Origin: Paraspadella gotoi
Lineage: Eukaryota > Animalia > Chaetognatha
Direction: 5' to 3'
DNA length: 64,000 nt
NCBI GenBank assembly: GCA_051294375.1
Contig: CM119268.1
Location: 981,218-1,045,217, forward strand
Positions 25,966 to 39,298 of this stretch are shown here, one piece after another. Under the pieces are notes generated by a model, which was not told the DNA's origin, ran no database searches, and was given only the letters and a program-made list of their open reading frames with translations. The number at the start of each line of letters is the position of its first letter. Position 1 is the stretch's first letter. The position numbers and the translations under genes were made by a program.

Positions 25966-26032
25966 GTAATCGACGGACGTCTTCCCTGCACCGCGGATCA
26001 AGCCATCCTATTGGCCGGCTACAGCGTTCAAG
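25966..26032 (+). CDS. PTPN14: PTP exon, FERM F2 (5' part lost in N gap)
   Basis: [22 protein letters not shown], donor gtaatt; phase 1 matches the next exon. Confidence 0.88.
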
Positions 26033-29000
26033 GTAATTCGATTCGCCTCCTCATTGGACGTCGAGAATCGGACGAGGTCGGAGTCGGCGTTCTCGTTTCC
26101 ACGGCGATGACGTATGTTATTAGCGCCGCTCGGGGATGAGAGTTCGACGCTTGACGTCGCGGTAGATGGCGCGGTTAGCGAGCGGGGAATATAGAGAGCG
26201 AGCGATAATTAACCGTCACTAATTACGGTTTTTAAGCGCGGGAGATATATATTTTTTTTTGGTCCCGAAAAAGAGACGGAGCCTCGCGAGCGTTTCCATC
26301 ACTCGCTAATAGAGCCTTTTTTTTGTGCTCGCCGAGGGCTTTTTCTCCGCTCGCGAGTGGGACCGTTTTTCGGTTAAATTTCGTTCTTGGAAGGGGTTTT
26401 TTTTAAAGATGAAAATTCTTTTTTCTTAAAGAACTATTGGCTTTCAGGGTTAAATTAAGGTTAGGGATTAGTGTTTATAAAATTGTATATATGTTTAGGT
26501 TAAATATGAAAGTTAAAATTAAATTCTGGTATAAACAAGCAGTTTTGGTGTTCTGGAAAAAGAGTGGCAATAACAGAAATGGGGCACTCNNNNNNNNNNN
26601 NNNNNNNNNNNNNNNNNNNNNNNNNNNNNNNNNNNNNNNNNNNNNNNNNNNNNNNNNNNNNNNNNNNNNNNNNNNNNNNNNNNNNNNNNNNNNNNNNNNN
26701 NNNNNNNNNNNNNNNNNNNNNNNNNNNNNNNNNNNNNNNNNNNNNNNNNNNNNNNNNNNNNNNNNNNNNNNNNNNNNNNNNNNNNNNNNNNNNNNNNNNN
26801 TTTTGAGCGGAACCCAACGGACCAACGTCGATTGCCAAACGATTTTTTTTTCTCGCAATGTGACTCACCTCGATTGCGTCAGCGATTCCATTTGACATTT
26901 AAGCAAGTACAGTGGCCCAATTCAATGCAATAATTTTACATTGCAGATACACAAGCCTTACCAAAAAAAGAGTTCCTGCCAGATGGCCGCCACCGAGACA
27001 TCTTAGTCCACCATATTCCTTTTTCCAGCGACCCCGGTCGGCCCAAAAAGTTATTAAGCTGACCCCAATAACCGATTTGACGAATCGCTAAAACGTTTGA
27101 CCTTTTTTCGTCGCAGTTGCAATTTGCGAAGATAAATGAGAAAAACGCCTGTCTTTACGACTGGCTCGCTCGTAACGAGAACTTCTTTGGGAATAATTAA
27201 GAGGTGCTAGTATATAATAATTAGTTATCTATTCGTGCTCCGTAGAAAAATAAGTATTTTACCGCGCTTTTATCGGAGACGAATATTTTTTAAAAGCGTC
27301 TTTGCGTTAAGTCGTTTTTAAAATGGCGAGAAATGCTTTTTATTGTCGGACACTAATCGAAATGAAGTCTTTGTCATGGAAATTTCTAAGGTTTTTGGGA
27401 ATTGAGAAAAGAAAAAAAACTGTTTCGTGGTTGGGGGGGGATGCTTAGGTAGAAATGGGTGTTGTTTTTTTCTTGTCATGTTTCCAAAAAGGTTTAATAA
27501 TGTTAATAATGTTTCGAAAAGATTTAATAATGTTTAAAATTAAAAATTCATTTCGTGGATCANNNNNNNNNNNNNNNNNNNNNNNNNNNNNNNNNNNNNN
27601 NNNNNNNNNNNNNNNNNNNNNNNNNNNNNNNNNNNNNNNNNNNNNNNNNNNNNNNNNNNNNNNNNNNNNNNNNNNNNNNNNNNNNNNNNNNNNNNNNNNN
27701 NNNNNNNNNNNNNNNNNNNNNNNNNNNNNNNNNNNNNNNNNNNNNNNNNNNNNNNNNNNNNNNNNNNNNNNNNNNNNNNNNNNNNNNNNNNNNNNNNNNN
27801 NNNNNNNNACGCGTGGCCCGCCTCGGCCCTCACACCCCACCCACTTTGATACAGCGAAAACCCGCGCCTCGTTTCTTCTCTTCTCTCTCCTCTCTTCCCT
27901 CTCTCTCTCTCTGTCGACTTCATACATTTTCGGCGAAACAGACTCGAAATAAAACAAGAGACACGATTCTGTTTTTCCTTTCAAAAGGGGGAAAGCAAAG
28001 ATGAAGAAAGAAAGGAGTGTAGGGATAGGAAAGAGATCTGAGATTGGGGATGAAATGGGGATTGAAATGGGAAATTAAAGAGGAAATTAAATATTAAATT
28101 AAATAGGAAATGAAATGGGAATTGGGATTAAATTGTAAATAAAATTGAAATGAAAGAGAAAAGGGATAGAGATGGAGAAATAAAAGAAAGGTGAAAAAGA
28201 AAGAGAATAAAAAGGGTGAAAAAGAGAGTAACAAAAAGCTAGAGAAAAAAGATATAAAGAGAGAGGGAGAGGGAGAGAAATAAAAGAAAGAAAAAGAAAA
28301 AAAGGAGATAGAGAGCCAGCGATAAAGGGTACAGTGCGTTTTAAAATGCGGAGCCTCGTCTTTCTCTTCCTCTTTTTATCTTCGTATTCGTTTTTAGTTT
28401 TCCTCTTTCGTCGCTGCTTTATATCCTCTCTGGGATTCGTGGATTTCCGGCCCGCGGTCGTAACGGCGCCGCCAGCCGCCGCCAGCCGCCGCCAGCCGCC
28501 GTAGCCCACCGCCGCATCTGACATCTCTATCAGATGACGTTAAGGAAATCCTGGTTTCGCGGCACTACTGCCCACTCTACGGTACACTGCGCCGTGGCCA
28601 CTGGACAGAGTGGACGGTCAAAAAAGTTATTTTTTTCAGAGAGCTGGGTTCATCCTTAAGGCCAGTCACGCACTCTAGGAGTTGTTAAAACTGGATCCTA
28701 ATGTTCACTTTGAAAATTAAAATTATTGCATTTACCAACATCATGTCAGCCAACAGTGTTGGTACTGCTGAGTGCCCACACCGGCCACAAGGAAGCCTGC
28801 CTTTGCCATCTCATTTATAACCACTACTGCTTTCACTCTTCGTCGTCCCCAGCCTCTCTGTCTCTGTCTCTGTCTCTCTCCGTCTCTCTCTCTCTCTGTC
28901 CCCTTCACTTCACCGCGATCGCCACTTCCGTCTCCCTGTCCACCGCCTTCAATCGTTTCGCCGCCGCCGCCGCCACCGCCTCCGCCGCCGCCACGGCTCC

Positions 29001-32000
29001 CTCCCGCCTCTGCGCATTTCGGTGTTTACAATTTCTTAGATGTTCGTTTCCGCTACATCAATTCCCAGAGGACATCGTTGGTCTTTTTCTTCCAACCCCT
29101 ATTTGCTTTTGCACCCCTCTTCCGACACCCCCGGTTTTAGGTCACAAGGTTTTTTTTTTAACTATTCAAAATATTAAAAAAACAAGTTAAATACTTTTAT
29201 ACTTTTTTATACTAATTTAAAAAAAAATATTCTTACTAATTGACTAATTGACAAAGTTTGAGTACAAATAGTTTCAGCGTATAAAATTCGCATTGCACAA
29301 AAATAAGATATTTACAGAATTTCTAATAATAAAAAGTGATAAATGCTGGGAGGCCTTAACCTCCACATCCCTAACTCTATGAGAATCTATGAGTTCCCAA
29401 TGACCGTCTCTCAAGAAATAATCGAGTTTAATAAACGAAGCGGACCAAATCCATTGTTTGTCCTTTTGTTTTTAAAGTTTCTAAAGTCGCCCGGAAGATG
29501 GGGCGCGGGAAAGAGGAGGAGGAGGAGGAGAGGGGGAGGAGAGAAAGGGAGGAAAGTTTCAATGTTTCTTATTTTCTTCAATGTTTCTTCATTGTTTCTT
29601 CTTATTTTCTTCTTATTTTCTTCAATGTTTCTTCATTGTTTTCTCCGTTTCTTTTAATTGTCTCTATTTTAGTTCCTCTGCTAACCTCGTTCTCCCTTTT
29701 CCTCTTTCCTCTCATTCCCTTTTCCTCTCATTCCTCTCATTCCCCCCCAAACCCCCTTTTCCCCTCCGTAGTTTAACTCTGCGTAGAACCGACATCAATT
29801 CCGTTTCAACCGGGAGAGTTTGGACAAGTATTAGAACTGCCCTCGACGCCCTCTATTCCCTTTTTTTTCTCTCTTTTTGGGAAAGGAAGGGGATAGGAAG
29901 AAAAAAAAAGGAGGAAAGGGAGAAATAAATGTGAGAAAAAAAAAGGAAAGAGGAGATCCGAGTTCCCATAGGGGGAGGAAAGGAGAGGAAGTGCATTTTG
30001 CTTTTTTTTTCCTCTCCTCTGTGGTGGGCAACGCCTCCCAAGTTTTCATTGCCTATTTGACGGTGGATGGTTTTACGATGCTCGTCTCTATGGAGAGAGC
30101 GGTGGGTATTGGGGTGGGTATGGGGTGAAAAAGATGGCGGGGAAGTAGAGAGAAATAAAAGGAGCGGATTAGTAAATAGGGTAAAGAGAAAGAGAAAACA
30201 TTGGTAGGGCAGGGTGCAATCTGTGTGAAGTTACTCCGTCGTTTGAAAAGTAGATAGGGGAAAGAGAAAGAGAAAACATTGGTAGGGCAGGGTGCAATCT
30301 GTGTGAAGTTACTCCGTCGTTTGAAAAGGAAAGGAAAGATGGGGTAATTTTACTTTCGCCGACCGGGGTTAGGTTAAGGGTTAGGGGTGATTTAGGGGTA
30401 GTTTAGGATAAAAAGGAAAATTATGTACTTATTTTTATTTATTTTTTTTTAAAAATAAGTATTTTTAAGGAGTTTTTCAAAAAACGCCAAAACCTCGGTC
30501 GGCGAAAGTAAAATTTAGCCGAAAGAGGAATAAGGAACCAGCAGTGGGGGGGGGGCAAAGAAAATTAAATCCAAGAAGGAAAGAAAGTTCACAACCCGAA
30601 TAAATCGTAGAAAATAGAAAAAAAAATCGTAATAAAATTGAAAGAGAAAAAAAAAGTCGCGTCGCCGTTAGGAGGAAGAAAAGAGAAAATGTTCCGAGAA
30701 GAAAAGAGAAAATGTTCCGGGAGGCGGAATGAAGAAATAGTGACGAGAGATCGAGGTAAAAATAATATAATGTATTTGCCTGTTGACCTAAACGGACACT
30801 GCTGTATATTTTCCCCTACGACGCAGCAAACCAAACGTACGCTGGACGGTACGCAATTTTTTAACCTTTCACCGACGCAGTCATCTGGGTGCCAAGAAAC
30901 GACGCCGGTTTATGAAACGACGCCGGTTTATGATACAACCGGCGTTTTTATGATGAGAGAAAATCTTTTTCTGGTTACAATTGGAAATGGAAAAGAAAAT
31001 GTAATGAAAGCATTAAAATGGATTAAAATGCCCCCTACCGGATTAAAATGCCCCCTACCAAACCCCTCGGTTAAAATTAAAATGCCCCCTACCGGATTAA
31101 AATGCCCCCTACCGGATTAAAATGCCCCCATTACCGCACAAAAATGCCCCCCGCCGTATCAAAATTTCCGCCGTCGGATAAAAATTACTTGGCGCTAAAA
31201 CGAAAACGATGTCCTCCGGCAGGAATACTTCGAAAAAAGAAAATTTCCGGTCTCGGGGACAGAAATTTTCTCCTCATTAGATTGAAAACTTGTGCCTCTT
31301 GGCTCGAATAGATGCGTCCTTCTGGCACGAACCAAACCCTGTCCCTTTCCTTCTTTCGGGTCATAAAATAATCCCTTTCGTTCCCCGGCCGCGATCCCTT
31401 CGTTTCTCGGCCGCGATCCCTTTCGTTCCCTGGCCGCGATCCTTCTCGTTCCTCGGCCACGATCTTTATTGTTCCTCGGCCGCAATCCCCTTGTTCCCCG
31501 GCCGCAATCCCTTTTGTTCTTTCGGCCGCGATCCCTTTTGTTCCCCGGCCACGATCCTTATCGTTCCTCGGCCACGATCCCTTCCTTCCCCGGTCGCGAT
31601 CCCTTCCTTCCCGGCCGCATCCGTTCCCCGCCGCAATCCCTTTCGTTCCCCGGCCGCAATCCTTTTCATTCCCGGGTCGCGAACTTTTTTGTTCCTTGGC
31701 CGCGATCCCTTCGTTCCCAGGCCACGATCTCTTTCCTTCCCCAGCCGCGATCCCTTCGTTCCCCAGCGGCGATCCCGCTTCAACTTCTTTTCCTCCACCG
31801 CGTGAAAATTTTCTCGGTCCGGATTTTGGAAAAAAAATCGACGGCGGAAATTTGGGTTTGTTTATTTTTCCGGCAGAATTATTTTCCAAAACATTTACCT
31901 CTCGACTCACGTTTTTAGTTGCGCCGCGAGTACTCGCGGAGCAACTCTATAAGTCACTTTTCGGTCGGTCTGTCGGTCGGTCAGTCGGTCGGTATGTCTG

Positions 32001-35000
32001 TCCATTGGTCTGTCCCAATTAGGTTAAAAATGCTAATAACTCGCATATAGTTGGTTGCTATGAATTTGTTTAGACAGGAAAAAACCTTAAATCTAAGGGA
32101 CTGCTTTCAGGAAATAAAAAGACAAAAGACAAAATTCCGATGCAGTGCTTGTCATAAATACGCCGGCTAAGAAAGTTATGTCATGTTATGTAATGTCATG
32201 TCATGTCACAAAAAACTGCAGTGACTGCGGCGCAACACGGCGTATTACCGTTCTTGTTTTTGTTGTTTTGCTCCCTTTTTCATTTTTATGTGATGGGCTG
32301 AGGGCGAGGTGGAGGCGAAGGGGGCGGGGGGAGTAGTTGGGAGTGGATTAGGGGGGAAGGGGTGAATGTGGGTGGTTGGTGAAGTAATATCATAATAGTT
32401 GTGCGCTGAATTCATTGATATATATACGCGAAAACGTGGGACGGCATATCATGTAGTGGATTGGTTATAGCTGAATAACCCGTGATAATGAATTAATATG
32501 AATTAATATGAATTAATATGAATTAATTCTGCGTTCTAGGCCGTTGAGCCAAAATAGTTGAATTATTTTTCCGAGTGGCAATAATACGCCTGGGTTCATT
32601 TTTTGCTTCCCTTTCGTTCCTTCCGACTAAACGTAGGACGAAATTAAAAAAAATGAGGCCGAAAATATTTTGAAAACGCAAATTGAATTCCATCCGCTAG
32701 AAACGGAACGAGACAATTATCTCGAAATGAAATCGATGAAAAATAGTTAAAGCGAATTGAGGTGAAGCTTAAACGATTTAAACGAGGTTTTATTATTGTG
32801 GGCGTCGACTTGGGTTGTCGTACTGATTTCAGAATATTTGCATATAATTTAATCTTACGTTTAACATATAGGGAGATAGAGACAGAATTTTCACTAATGT
32901 GTTTTTAGAAAATAATTAATTATTCCAGATGAAACTTGACGACGAAGTCAAAAGTTTTTTTCATCGAATTTACATCATTTCACGTTATCGATTCGTTAAA
33001 AAAATGTTTATGATAAATCCTAAAAATACAGTGGCGTACTTTATTTTTACAGTTGTGTTCGGCGAACACGATCCCGAGAAACACAGTCCCGACTTTCTCA
33101 AAGAGTTCGTGCTGCTGCCGCGGACGCTGACTGTGGAGGAGACTGCGCTGGATGAACTCACCCACGAAGTCGTCGTCGCTCATTCAAATCTCTTGGGTGA
33201 GTTGAGGGGAGGGAAGTAATGAGGGAAAACGAATCTGGCTTAGAATGGGAATATATTTCTTTTTCATAAAGCGATTTAGCTCAAAGATTGTGGAATTGGT
33301 AATCTTTATTGTAATAATTAATCGCAACTTTCTTGCACTGAAGCTTGCAAGAAACGACCCAACAAAATTGATGCATGTCGGGGCGCCATCGCTTTCAGTC
33401 TCACTCTTCTGCCCCCGCTCCCGCTTTAATTGCTGGCCTATCCTCTCTCTCTCTCTCTCCTCTCCCTCTATCTCCCCACTCCCTCTCTCTCCCCCCTCCC
33501 TTATCCCTCTCCTCCTCCCTTTTTCCCCCCTCTCTCTCTCCCTCCTCCCTCTCCACTAATCCCTCTTCCTATCTCTCTCTCTTTCCCTTTCCTCCCTCCC
33601 TCTCCCCCTCCCCTCCTCTCTCTCCCCCCCCTCTCCTCTCTCCCCCTCCCTCTCTCTCTCCCCCCCTCTCTCTCTCCCCCTTCCTCTCTCTCCCCCCTCT
33701 CTCTCTCCCCCCTCTCTCTCTCCCCCCTCCCTCTCTCTCTCTCCCCCCTCTCTCTCTCTCCCCCTCTCTCTCTCTCCCCCTCTCTCTCCTCCCCTCCCTC
33801 TCTCTCTCTCCCCCCTCTCTCCTCCCTCCTCCTCCCTCCCTCTCTCTCTCCCACCTTTTTCCTTTCCACGCGGTTTTAAAAAACTCAAAACGCGTTTCTA
33901 TGGCAACCAAATTCAACTGATTTTCCGTTCATTCAAAATTTCAAAAAGCGATTTAAATGAAAAAAAAAAATCCATTTTGATTTCTCGTTTCTGTCCAGTC
34001 CGTCCGTTCGAAGCTTGTTTTGATGGCATTGTATCGATGGCATTGTATCGATGGCATTGTATTGATTTTTTCAGGGATGAACAGAGAGATAGCGGAGCTT
34101 CACTACATCGTGGAAGCCATGCAGCTCGACGGGTACGGAATGGAGTTCTACGCCGTCAAGGACCGGTGAGGAAATTCCGGAAACGAATCAAATCCCGAAA
34201 ATGTTCTCATCGTTTTACGATTCTTTTTTTTTTTTAAACGAACCATTCCATCCGTTGACGCAGGATGGCGCTGATCTCTACCTGGGAACTTCGAGTATCG
34301 GACTCTGCGCTCGACATCTCGACGGTCAACCGCCGACGTGGTACAAGTGAGTTTCATCGCGAAAAGGCTCATTTACTATTTTTCCGCTGCTGTTTTGTTT
34401 TTTTTTCGTTTCGCATGTTGTAAAGAAGAGGTCCTCTTGATCGACTTTTTCTCACGGCCGAAAAAAAAACAAAGTAGCAAGGCTCTATCTTTATACAAAT
34501 TAATTAAGCCATCGACGATCTAAAAGCTAAAAAAATAATTAGTTAAAATGTTATACTTAAGGTGGAACGATATTACCAACATCAGCCACAACAAACGAGC
34601 GCTCACGATAGAACACAACCAGGTAAAAATGAAACTGTTATTTTTAAAAATTCTTGGATTTAATTGAATATTTTCTTAACATATAGAATTTGTCGAGAAG
34701 CGAATCTTCGATCGACGATCTTTCGCCCGAAACGACGACAACAACAACAACATCGAGTCAAGTCTCTCACTTTTACTTCGAGGATCCAGAGACGACGAAA
34801 TACACGTGGAAGATGTGCTCGCTGCATCATAGGTCCTTACTTAATAGCTTAATTTAATAACTTAATTTAATAAGTAAACTTTAGAACACTTCGCTCTCTA
34901 ATGATCTATTTCGTGCTCTATTTAGTACAGTTAATTTAAATTTCAATCTATATTTAAAAGGGGTTGAATTAATAATTAGTTATCTAATCGATTGTCAGAT

Positions 35001-38000
35001 TCTTTCGTTGTTCTGATGATGGCGACGTCTTGTATTCGGACGACGAACTCAACGATTTGACGGCGACGAAATCGGAAATCGATCTCAGGTTTGAACCAGT
35101 TTCATCCGGTTTTAATTGAAGCGATTTCAGTTTAATACGGAATCTTTATCTGATTTAAAAAAAGATTAATCCTTACTCCCCGTTTCCCTGTTTTTTATTT
35201 GTTTTTTTATTGTTTTTTTTGTTTTGTTTTGCAGAGATTTAAATTCCCCCACCGAAGGAAGCCAAGATCAAGTGAGTTCCGAATTTTTTTAATTATTTCC
35301 CATTGATTATTACAAATTTAAATGATTATTAAATGATTACTAAATGATTATTACGAATTTCAATGATAATAACAAACGAGCCTAAATAATTAAGAGCGTT
35401 AAAAACAAAATGATTTGACTTCAATCACATCCACTTTGATCGTTTTCAAGAATCGTGTTCAGATCGATTCCCAGACGCCGCATCTTGTCTCTTATCATAT
35501 TTTTAGTCTCCGACGGCATCGACGTATTTCTGTAGAATCGGAAAAAAAGATTGTCTCGTTAGTTGCGCCGCGAGTACTCGCGGGGCAAACTCTCAATAAG
35601 TCACTTGTCGGTCGGTCGGTCGGTCGGTATGTCTGTCTGTCCGTCGCTCTGTCCCAGTTAAATTTTAAAAAATGTTTATAACTCGGTTATTACTTCATCA
35701 ATTTAGTTTACGTTTGGTATGAAAGTGAAGTAACATAACACCTTTAACATGCATATATATTATATTTGTGAAGTCACGCGATCACATTAGAAAGCGGATC
35801 ACATTACCCAAAATTTAAAGCGGCTTAAATTTGGTTGCTCTTTTTTTTTTATTATCGCTGTCTTAAATATTAGCTCTTACGAGCGCTACCTTTTTTTAAA
35901 AGAATAACTGACGAATTCCGATGCAATGCCGTACAATGCCGTACATCGAACATACACGTAACTCGGGATTATAATGACCGTTCTTGTTTTTTTTACTCTC
36001 GATAACGGAACAGGGAGATCCTTAAAAAAAACTCTGAATTAGTCCTGACCTCGACGCGATCCAAATGATCTCCTCGTAACCGAAGATCGGAATCTTGACG
36101 CAAGTGAAAGTGACGGCGAACGATTCGTAGTCAGTCATCAAGACGCGAAGATCGCTGGAGAAACTGAGACCCATCGTGTTGATGTTGAGGTCCATGCGTC
36201 CCCCGTCAGACTCGGAGTATCTTCGGTTAAATATTTTTTTACAATAATATTCAAGTTATATCAAGTTAATGTCATTATTAACTCTTTCTTGCCTCTCTCT
36301 GCTTCACTATATTTCGTAGTTGAGAATCCAATGTACTTACGTTCCTCGGTGAACCTCGAACCAATCGGGGCGCTTGTCGAGAATGCTGGAAACTTTAAAA
36401 ATGACGCCGTGTTTTCCCGGCTCCAAGAGGTTGCTGCTCACCTGAGATTAGTCGGCGAAACTTATCAATTTTGTGTCATCGCCAGTTTCAAACAATTGAT
36501 TCACAATTGTTGCGGGAATGACTCTTCAGTCTACAGTCACAAACCTCACCGCAACAGCGGAGCATCTTCCGTTTCCTTGTAGGTCGTAGCTGTTCTTCTT
36601 GTGCATGATTATTGGCCAACGTCCGTTGAATCTTGGGCGCCAAATAAATTTGAAAACATTATGACCGACATAATTGAAATGGCAACCAATATAAAATTAT
36701 TCATTCGTTTAATAAATAAGCTATCTTGTCCCTGACTCCATCACTCCATCACTCTTACAAGATAATGACATAGACTCTCTCACAGTCTCGTTTATTCATT
36801 ATATCTTTCCATTTCAAAACAAGTATCATTCACAATGATCACTAAAACCATGGAATTTCATCATTTAACTGTGACTTTCACCCACAAGTGAACCTTTCAA
36901 TCTCGACCTCCTTCATTGGTGCCGCGTCGTTGCATCGAGATCCGGCGAAGAAAAATCCGTCACAAAATCGAAGAAAAACGAAACAAATGAACAACGAAAA
37001 TAAATAAAAGTGAAAGGATTTCATCGTTGGTCGTAAATGAATGAATCAAATCGAATTCTTAACTGAAACGTCGTTTCTGTTTGGTGAATGAACTAGCGAC
37101 GGACAAGGGGAAAGAGGAAAGAGAGAAGAGGAGAGGAGAGAGAGAGAGAGAGAGAAATTTGCATATTCATGCGATTCCTTTTTTCCGATTCCCTAGTTTA
37201 CCGCATTTTCCTTTCCTATTTCTTTTTATTTTCTTTTTTCTTTTTTTCTTTTCCTTTTCGTCGAATCGATGTTTCGTGGAGATTCTTTCGCCCGATCGTT
37301 TCGTCGCTAATTGGATCAGTGGCTAGGGTTTTTTTTTTAGTTGCGCCGGAAGTACTCGCGAGCAACTCTATAAGTACTTTTCGGTCGGTCTGTAGGCGGT
37401 TTGTGTCTGCCATTCGATTGTCCCACTTATGTTAAAAATTTCTTATAACTCGACTATAGTTGCTCTTTTGTTGAGAAGGAAAAACTCCTCAATCTAATAG
37501 GACTAGCGTCGCCTTCAGGAAATCCTAAACTAAAAAATGGGATTACGATGCAGTTGCGTGTCATAAATACATATTGTACGTCATCTCGCGTCATGTCATG
37601 TCACTGTCACGAAAGAAGGATAGCTGGCATTTTGAATATAAAATGTCACTGCGGCCGAACACATTGGATGAACGATCTTTTTTTTTCCCTTTTTTAAAAA
37701 GAGAATAATTCGCGAAAATGTTTAAAAAATCGGATGTTCGAGTTTGAAAGGATGGAATTTGAAAAGGGGGAAATTCCCTGAGGGCAAAAAGTCAGTAAAA
37801 AGTGAAAAAGTTGGAAAGTAATTGTTTTTTTTTAAATGTAGAAAGACTTTCCATTTACGAGTTGGTAAATTTATGAGCTCTTTTCAAATCATCTTAAAAA
37901 CGGTTAAACTGTAAACGATCTCTTTAACTATCATTAACAACATTTCATTTGAATTCAATAGAGCCAAGCTTTTTTTTATCATCATCATTTCGATTTTAAA

Positions 38001-39251
38001 GTTTCTCTTTTTAATTTTTTTTTGTTTTTCAGTTTCCCACTGCAATCATCTTCCCTCAAGACGACGGAGCTTCGCTTGGTAAGTTTCTTTTTCGGTTTTT
38101 TTTTTTTTGTTAATCTTCTCTCTTTTGACGCGTAATTCCTTCTCAAATGACTTTAACTTTTCCAAAATTCTCCGATTTTTCGTATGATTTTTCGAGGATC
38201 GACGACTTTTAAATGACAAAAAATATTTTCCCTCGAATTTGATCGACTTTTAGGAAATTTAGGGATTTAGGAAATGAATGTAAAAATGTGAATGATGAAA
38301 AATATGTAATTGACCGAATTTGGGCTCCTTTACGCACGCACGCTCTCTCGCTCTCTCAATCTCTCTCTCTCTTGTAAGCCGATGCTTCCAACGTTGAAAG
38401 ATTCCAAATTTAAATACATAAAATTCCGAACGGATTAAAGGATAACCCAAGATATAAACACGGATTCTCTAAAATCACCGGAATTATTTTTTTTTTATTT
38501 CTGATTCATTAAAAAAAACCTGGATTTTGGCATTCACTCGATAAAACGAGACCTTGGAAATCGGAATGTTCCAAAGGTGCGAGAGAGAGAGAGAGAAAGA
38601 GAAAGAGAGAGTAAATAAAATCCCTTTTCGAAAAAGAAAGATTTTGTCGGGGATTAAGCCGATCGGTGGAGCTTAAACGGTATTCGATTCTCGAAAAGCG
38701 ATACTTTTGTTTTTTACTCGAAGGTAAACACCTAGGCAAAGTGACACAGTTTTTCCTACAATTCTCTATCGAGGTCAAATCCCAACCCCCTGCAGGGAGG
38801 CGACAATGGAAGAGAGAGTGAGAGAGTGAGAGAGAGAGAGAGTGAGAGAGAGAGATGGAGCGAGAAAAAGAAAAGCCTTTTGTTTCCTTAACTAATTTTT
38901 ACGACGGTGTCACTCTTTCGGGATATTTCGGCGTCGAATTCTATCGACTTTTGACGACTTTATCGTTGTTTACGACGAGAGAGAGAGAGAGAGAGAGGAA
39001 ACATTGTTCGTTGAGATTGATGGTGATTTGCAGGAGTTTCGGTGACTTATTGCTCATGGAAGAAATTGTTGGTCCATAGACTTTTCTTGCAAATTTCTCC
39101 TTTGCTGAATTTTTTTTTCAAATATGATTTCCTCTGAACTCATTCAGTCTATGCGATGCGAGATTTCACGATTTGACGAGTCTGAACTTTCTTGGACAAA
39201 ATGAATTCTCACGAGTTCATCGAAGATTAATCTTGTGAATCGCCTTTTGGA

Positions 39252-39298
<47 letters not shown>

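Noticed and set aside
24470-28004. ORFs spanning N runs
   Set aside because: Artefacts of translating gaps; only 25966-26032 is supported as coding.
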